Positions 58,803 through 64,000 of a stretch of 64,000 nt of DNA are shown piece by piece. The stretch is taken from positions 11,532-75,531 of the forward strand of contig CAYFPJ010000004.1 in the NCBI GenBank assembly GCA_964344965.1. The letters run 5' to 3'. The notes beneath the pieces are model-generated. The model was not told the origin of the DNA. It ran no database searches and was given only the letters and a program-made list of their open reading frames with translations. The number at the start of each line of letters is the position of its first letter. Positions within the stretch are counted from its first letter, which is position 1. Source of the stretch: an uncultured Gammaproteobacteria bacterium. GTDB taxonomy: Bacteria; Patescibacteriota; Patescibacteriia; Magasanikbacterales; UBA922. The translations under genes were made by a program, and so were the position numbers.

Positions 58803-58912
58803 TATATTATCCCTCCCCTTTTAGGGGAGGTTAGGAGGGGTTACGGACTACCAAAATCTTTCTTGCTAAGTAACCCCCTCTAGCTCCCCCTAAAAGGGGG
58901 AGAAATTTTAAC
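58803..58912. repeat. G/C-run palindromic element E4 (three hairpins)
   Basis: CCTCCCCTTTTAGGGGAGG; GGAGGGGTTAC...GTAACCCCCTC; CTCCCCCTAAAAGGGGGAG; overlaps the stop of the Clp ATPase gene. Confidence 0.8.
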
Positions 58913-61646
58913 CCCTCTCCACCCTAATTTCACAACCTGCTCCCAATACCACCACATCTCTCCGTTGCAATTTATTTGAAAGCAGCAAGTCAGCAAGTTG
59001 ATTTTCTACTTTATTCTGTATTGCTCTACGCATCGGACGAGCCCCAAATTCTGGATCAAACCCTACTTCAGCGAGAGATTCGAGAGCAGCCTCTTCCACG
59101 CGCATTCCGATCCCCTTGATCGCCAGATCCTTCTCTACCCGCTTCAGCATCAAGCCAGCAATCTTCTTGATTTCTTCCCTGTTCAATGCTTTGAAAAGTA
59201 CGATGCCATCAAAACGATTGAGGAATTCTGGTTTGTAATATTTTTTCAATTCTCCACGAACAATATCTTGACGAATACTCTCTAGATCGACTCCTTCTCT
59301 GATCTTGTCCTGGACATAGGCAGTACCAGCATTACTGGTTGCAATGATTATCGTATTGGTGAAATCGATCACCCGACCGACACTGTCAGTCAGTCGCCCA
59401 TCATCAAACACTTGCAAAAACAGATTGAGAATATCAGGATCAGCCTTTTCCATCTCATCTAGAAGTACCAAGGAAAAAGGATTTTGTCGCACTGCTTCTG
59501 TCAGAAGTCCTGTCCCTTGCTGACCAGGTTGGCCAATTAGGCGATAGACTCCACTCTTGTCCTGATACTCACTCATATCGACTCTGATCATCCTCTCTTC
59601 TCCACCAAAGTAGACATTGGCAATAGTCTTGGCAAGCTCAGTCTTACCCACACCAGTCGGTCCGAGGAATAGGAAATTGGCAATCGGCCTATTCTCTGAT
59701 CTCATCTGGGCTCTAGCTCTACGAAGAGCACTAGCCACGAGGACCACGGCTTCATCTTGACCAATGACCCGCTTGTGCATTTCATCCTCCAGGCGCAATA
59801 ATTTGCTAGACTCATCTTCTGAGATGCTAGTCACCGGTATGCCAGTCTTACTGCCGACAATAGCTGCCACATCATCTCCTGTCACAATCTGATTTTTACC
59901 TCTTTTTCTTCTAGTGTAAGCGGCTGCTTCTGTCATCAATTCTATTGCACTTTCTGGCAAATTCTTGTCATGAAGAAACTTCGTAGCCAGCTGGACAGAT
60001 TGTGCCAGAGCATCATAAGAAAAAAATACTCTATGCTTGTATTCTGACAAACCAACTTTTGACTCTAGTACTTGGATAGCTTGGTTTTGATTCATTTCAT
60101 TGATATCTACTCTCACCAAGGCCTGAGAAATCTCTGAGTCCAAAATATATTTATTGAACCCATCGAGAGTGGTGGTAGCAAAAGAAAAGAAACGATCTGT
60201 GCCAATGAACTCAGCTAAGGTCTCTGAGACATCAAGCCCTTCTCCTCCGTCACCTTTGGCTCCTGCTCCGACCAGGTCATGAATATTATTTATAAATAAA
60301 ATAATATTTTTGGCTCTAGCCACCTCGTGCATGATCTGAATCAACCTCTGCTGAGCGCCACTGACTGTAGTACCGGCCAAAAGAGAGGAAGTAGAGATTT
60401 GAACCAACCTCTTGTCTTTTAGCAAATTTGGAACATTTTCTTCTACCATCCTCTGAGCAATACCTTCGATGATACTCATCTTACCTACTCCACGATTACC
60501 AACCAAAAGGGCACTCTGAGCACCGCCTTCAATGATACGGAAAAGTTGGTCTATCTCCTTCTCTCTTGCTACACAAGGAAAAAGTTGACCAAACTTGGCA
60601 GACAGAGTCAAATCTTGACTAAATCGATTTAAAAAAGGAGTAGCTATGGCAGTCATAGCACGATCCATACCATGCTTACTTCTACGAGCCGCAGCTTTTT
60701 TGAACTTTTGATGCTGCCGACGAAGATTTTCTCCAATTCTAAGCCACTCAATGACATTGACAAGTTTTTGTTGATCCACCTTCAGGTCATACAATAATTC
60801 CTGGAGAGCTTGAGATTGCATCACTGTAGCATGAAGTAGCTCTGTCACGTGGACATAATCTTGCTTGGCGCGGTAAGCATATTCATACGCATGAAATAAA
60901 ATTTGCTCTGCATCATCACTTCTTTCTAAACTATTACCTAAAAATCTTTTGGCGACAAGGGCTCGGAGCTGCTTAGCTGGAATACTAAGTCTAGCAAAAA
61001 CCCCCTCAATTCCTGGCACAGAAAGCAAAGTATAAAAAACGTGAAAAGAGTTTATATTGACTTTTTTACCAGACCCTGGAGCACTGTATGATTTTTCAAT
61101 TACTTGCAGAGCTTCTTCTGTGAATACTTTAGAGATGTCTTTTTTGTTTTTTCTAGAAAATTTCTTCACTTGAGACCAGTCCGAAAGAATCTCCACATTA
61201 CTATTTTCAGCAGTATTATACGAATAATTTTCTACTGCCTCAATTTTTTTGTGTCCAGCTATTATTCGATAGATAAAAAAAGAAAAAGAGGCAATAGCCA
61301 ACCAAAAAAAAGCTTGGGTCATGCCAGGACCCTCTTGCCAAAAGCTTGCAGAAAAAATATCCAACCACAACTTCTGGCTATCAACTCGCCAAAAAAATAA
61401 CCCAAGAAAACCAACAAAAAAAATAATAGAACCGAAAATTTCAAACTTTTGCAAAAAATGAGTAGCTTTTCTCAAAAGAATATGATACCTGGTCAGAGGG
61501 CGTCCCCAATATAACAACTTTTCGCGCACTGCATAAGCCACACCATGTTTACGACAAACATAGCAAGGACGCGGACCACTGTAACCTTTGGCATCACACT
61601 GACTACAGACAAGCAAGGGAATTTTTTCTTGAGCATCAAATTGCAT
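58908..61646 (-). CDS. Clp/Hsp100 AAA+ ATPase (ClpC/ClpA-like) with an unusual N-terminal zinc-ribbon and two predicted TM helices
   Basis: 912-aa ORF; Clp_N repeats; AAA2 Walker A GPTGVGKT; AAA1 P-loop reads GNRGVGKMS; N-terminus CSQCDAKGY...CYVCRKHG followed by two hydrophobic helices. Confidence 0.8.
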   Translation of the reverse strand: MQFDAQEKIPLLVCSQCDAKGYSGPRPCYVCRKHGVAYAVREKLLYWGRPLTRYHILLRKATHFLQKFEIFGSIIFFVGFLGLFFWRVDSQKLWLDIFSASFWQEGPGMTQAFFWLAIASFSFFIYRIIAGHKKIEAVENYSYNTAENSNVEILSDWSQVKKFSRKNKKDISKVFTEEALQVIEKSYSAPGSGKKVNINSFHVFYTLLSVPGIEGVFARLSIPAKQLRALVAKRFLGNSLERSDDAEQILFHAYEYAYRAKQDYVHVTELLHATVMQSQALQELLYDLKVDQQKLVNVIEWLRIGENLRRQHQKFKKAAARRSKHGMDRAMTAIATPFLNRFSQDLTLSAKFGQLFPCVAREKEIDQLFRIIEGGAQSALLVGNRGVGKMSIIEGIAQRMVEENVPNLLKDKRLVQISTSSLLAGTTVSGAQQRLIQIMHEVARAKNIILFINNIHDLVGAGAKGDGGEGLDVSETLAEFIGTDRFFSFATTTLDGFNKYILDSEISQALVRVDINEMNQNQAIQVLESKVGLSEYKHRVFFSYDALAQSVQLATKFLHDKNLPESAIELMTEAAAYTRRKRGKNQIVTGDDVAAIVGSKTGIPVTSISEDESSKLLRLEDEMHKRVIGQDEAVVLVASALRRARAQMRSENRPIANFLFLGPTGVGKTELAKTIANVYFGGEERMIRVDMSEYQDKSGVYRLIGQPGQQGTGLLTEAVRQNPFSLVLLDEMEKADPDILNLFLQVFDDGRLTDSVGRVIDFTNTIIIATSNAGTAYVQDKIREGVDLESIRQDIVRGELKKYYKPEFLNRFDGIVLFKALNREEIKKIAGLMLKRVEKDLAIKGIGMRVEEAALESLAEVGFDPEFGARPMRRAIQNKVENQLADLLLSNKLQRRDVVVLGAGCEIRVERG

Positions 61647-61716
61647 AATGAAAAAACTAATTTACGAGTGATATGAATTAATTTTTACAATTGACTGAAT
61701 TAATTAGCATAACTTG

Positions 61717-62076
61717 TTAACTTATTATGACTGACAGAGAAAGCATATAAACTACAAAAATAGGAAAAACCAGCCACAAAAAGAAGACAGACAAGAGCAA
61801 TAAAAACCAAAAAAGTAAAGCTATTGATCTGAATATAATATTAAAAAATCTAATAAACACACTCATCAGGCGACCCTGGATATCTCTCTGCCCAAACATA
61901 GGGACAAAAATATTTTTCAACCACAGCATCGGAGCAAGACGACTATTGCCACCTTGAAAAACATTCCACAGACCAGCCCCCACCCACAACAAACCACCAG
62001 AATACCACCATACTGGAAAATAAAAAAAATCCAACACCAACTTAATAATGAGCCTCTGGAAAACAATAAAAAACAT
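61717..62076 (-). CDS. hypothetical small membrane protein
   Basis: 119-aa ORF with 3-4 TM helices. Confidence 0.45.
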   Translation of the reverse strand: MFFIVFQRLIIKLVLDFFYFPVWWYSGGLLWVGAGLWNVFQGGNSRLAPMLWLKNIFVPMFGQRDIQGRLMSVFIRFFNIIFRSIALLFWFLLLLSVFFLWLVFPIFVVYMLSLSVIIS

Positions 62077-62270
62077 ACAAATAAATTATCAGTGTAATCA
62101 ATCAAAAATCAGTGTAATCAATGTTTAAATTGTACCACAAAAACAAAAAAACTCCCACACAAATGAGAATCTTTGGCACCCAGCTAGAGCCAAGCAACCA
62201 AGTGTCTATCAAGAAAAAAACTGAAGAAACAATTTATCTAGTTGCTAGTTATTGATTACTAGTCACAATG

Positions 62271-62615
62271 CTATCTAAGAGCAACAGCCGTGCCAACTGG
62301 TGTGAGATATTCTGGACTATCGACAGTCACTAGATTCAATTCTGTAATTCTATTCTGAATTGACTCCATAGAACGATACTCAGCTATCTCGACATTGATC
62401 TTTCTATTTTCTCTTTCGAGTTCTACGATCTGTCTTTCCAAATCACTAATCTCAAAACCTTTGGTAGATACAGAATTCGTCTGGAAAACATAGAGAACTC
62501 CAAACAAAATCATCATCACAATCAATCCAACCCGAAAAGAACTGCTGACTATCAACTTCTGGAGAGCTTGTTTTTTTTGTCTTAATGTTGGTTTTTGTTT
62601 TAAATAAGCATTCAT
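62271..62615 (-). CDS. ftsL: cell division protein FtsL/DivIC-like (septum formation initiator)
   Basis: Single TM helix plus coiled coil; immediately downstream of rsmH, as in dcw clusters. Confidence 0.6.
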   Translation of the reverse strand: MNAYLKQKPTLRQKKQALQKLIVSSSFRVGLIVMMILFGVLYVFQTNSVSTKGFEISDLERQIVELERENRKINVEIAEYRSMESIQNRITELNLVTVDSPEYLTPVGTAVALR

Positions 62616-62719
62616 AAGTATCGCGATTTTGTATATAAGTTATAGTAAGAAAGTTAAATATTATAGTTGAAAATAATCTGTACTGACATGAGATGACGAT
62701 AACGGTGACCAATTACTGA

Positions 62720-63694
62720 CTACAATTTTTCTACCACTCGTAACTTTGCAGATCTGGACCTAGGATTATGTTCACGCTCCCTGTCACTACAGACAATAGG
62801 TTTTTTTGTGACAATATTGATACTTTTTCCTTTCTGTGATTTGAAATAGTGCTTCACAATCCTATCTTCCAGAGAATGAAATGATATCACAGCCAGCCTA
62901 CCCCCACTTGCCAACAAATCTATTGCCTGGGGCAATGTACGCTCTATCACACCGATTTCATCATTTACAATGATTCTAAGAGCTTGAAAAGTTTTGGTAG
63001 CCGGGTGAGTCCCACCTACCCAAGGAATTTTATTTTCATCTTTTATTTTTAATTTTTTTCTATAAACCTCGAGGACAATATCCACCAAATCACCGACAGT
63101 CTCTAAAACAAACTTCTCTCTTTTTTCTACTACTAGTCTAGCCATCTCCTTACTTAGTTTTTCTTCACCACATTCTCGAAATATTTTTTCTAGCTCTTCT
63201 TCACTTTTTTTGTTCAAATGTTCTGCCGCGGTACACTTACCATATAGCGGCTTACCATCATATGACAAAGGTGGATTATCTGCGAGGTGGATACACTTCA
63301 GACGCATGTCATAGCGCATGTCTAGAGGTTCTTCTTTGTTTTGGAATGAGAATCCTCTTCCGCGCTCTTGAAACTGTGGACTAGACCAACCCAAGTCAAT
63401 GAGTATTGAATTAACTGGCGCAAAATCATGTGTTTTTATTATCTCTGATAAATTTTCAAAATTATCTCTTTCAAAAATTACTCTGTCAGAAAACTGATGT
63501 AAAAATTTTTTGGATCTTAGGAGTGACTCAGGGTCAGCATCTATACCGAGCAGTCTCCCGTCTGGACTAGTTGCTTCTAATATTTTTTCAGAATGACCGG
63601 CATCACCAATGGTGCAATCGACGACATTAATCCCTGGCTTCAGTTTTAGAAATTCAAGTACCTCTTCCAAAAGTACCGGCACATGACGTAACAT
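62720..63694 (-). CDS. rsmH: 16S rRNA (cytosine1402-N4)-methyltransferase RsmH (MraW)
   Basis: HVPVLLEEVL...DCTIGDAGHS...DLGWSSPQ motifs; start taken at the internal ATG 63694. Confidence 0.85.
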   Translation of the reverse strand: MLRHVPVLLEEVLEFLKLKPGINVVDCTIGDAGHSEKILEATSPDGRLLGIDADPESLLRSKKFLHQFSDRVIFERDNFENLSEIIKTHDFAPVNSILIDLGWSSPQFQERGRGFSFQNKEEPLDMRYDMRLKCIHLADNPPLSYDGKPLYGKCTAAEHLNKKSEEELEKIFRECGEEKLSKEMARLVVEKREKFVLETVGDLVDIVLEVYRKKLKIKDENKIPWVGGTHPATKTFQALRIIVNDEIGVIERTLPQAIDLLASGGRLAVISFHSLEDRIVKHYFKSQKGKSINIVTKKPIVCSDREREHNPRSRSAKLRVVEKL

Positions 63695-63789
63695 ATATTT
63701 TAAATTCTGTGTAATCCTTAAAATCCACGTAATCTGTGTAGGCATAAATGACCTCAGACGTCGGCGCCATACATAAATACCAACGCCTG

Positions 63790-63965
63790 AGATCTTCGAC
63801 CATATTACTTATCCGGCGTAGCTCCTGCCTGCCGGCAGGCAGGTTAGGGAAGCCGGAATCAAAGGTATGAACCCCAGGGCAAACCCTGGACCTTTTTTTC
63901 CGAGGCAATCCTCGGGTAATCAAACCAACCCCTCGTCCCGTACCGAGGAACGAGGTCGGGACTAA
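63790..63965 (-). repeat. ~150-nt structured element, family F copy 2 (inverted relative to copy 1)
   Basis: Reverse complement begins with the same 30-nt module as 43128 and shares the hairpin modules. Confidence 0.7.
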
Positions 63966-64000
63966 ATACCAAGATCAAACATCTCTTCAGCAATCTTATT

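Noticed and set aside
63654-63923. 89-aa ORF upstream of rsmH as a possible mraZ
   Set aside because: The sequence has no MraZ (DUF/YabB) double-repeat signature, overlaps the rsmH start and the family F element, and its translation looks frame-noise-like.
1-64000. CRISPR arrays, rRNA or tRNA genes
   Set aside because: No regularly spaced direct repeats with unique spacers were seen. No rRNA-like conserved blocks were found. No T-loop (GGTTCRANTCC) plus acceptor patterns were found. The GC-rich islands were checked and do not look like tRNAs.

Overview
Low-GC window that looks bacterial and Patescibacteria/CPR-like (inference from gene content and the small, streamlined genes), coding on both strands. 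Main blocks: (1) bcp, dus, then an island-like block with a tyrosine integrase, a Fic protein, a type I R-M HsdM plus a split HsdS with no HsdR, and glyoxalase/VOC and DUF proteins; (2) a HicB/HicA pair, a YibE/F membrane protein, riboflavin kinase, two FAD oxidoreductases, a Nudix hydrolase, MsrB and MsrA; (3) a candidate cobalamin riboswitch leading a cluster of DUF4430 (transcobalamin-like) surface proteins, including a 1002-aa protein with a near-perfect 618-bp internal tandem duplication and an ECF-S-like membrane protein; (4) a second riboflavin-kinase paralog, ribH, a CtpA peptidase and murA; (5) a long surface-polysaccharide locus with four GT2 enzymes, one GT4, a sugar-nucleotidyltransferase, RmlB, RmlD-like, a cupin, and two paralogous ~740-aa polytopic membrane proteins; (6) housekeeping genes dnaB, ybaB, recR, rplU, a MraY-like gene, a Clp ATPase, ftsL-like and rsmH. 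The window is unusually rich in short interspersed repeats: a ~145-bp hairpin-containing repeat in 5 near-identical copies; a ~105-bp MITE-like element with 15-bp terminal inverted repeats (TCGTCATTGCGAGGA) in 4 copies; a family of G/C-run palindromic elements (C5-7 TTT..AAA G5-7), two of which sit in frame inside coding genes in the manner of Rickettsia palindromic elements; and a pair of ~150-nt structured elements in inverted orientation about 20 kb apart. No rRNA, tRNA or CRISPR array was recognised.
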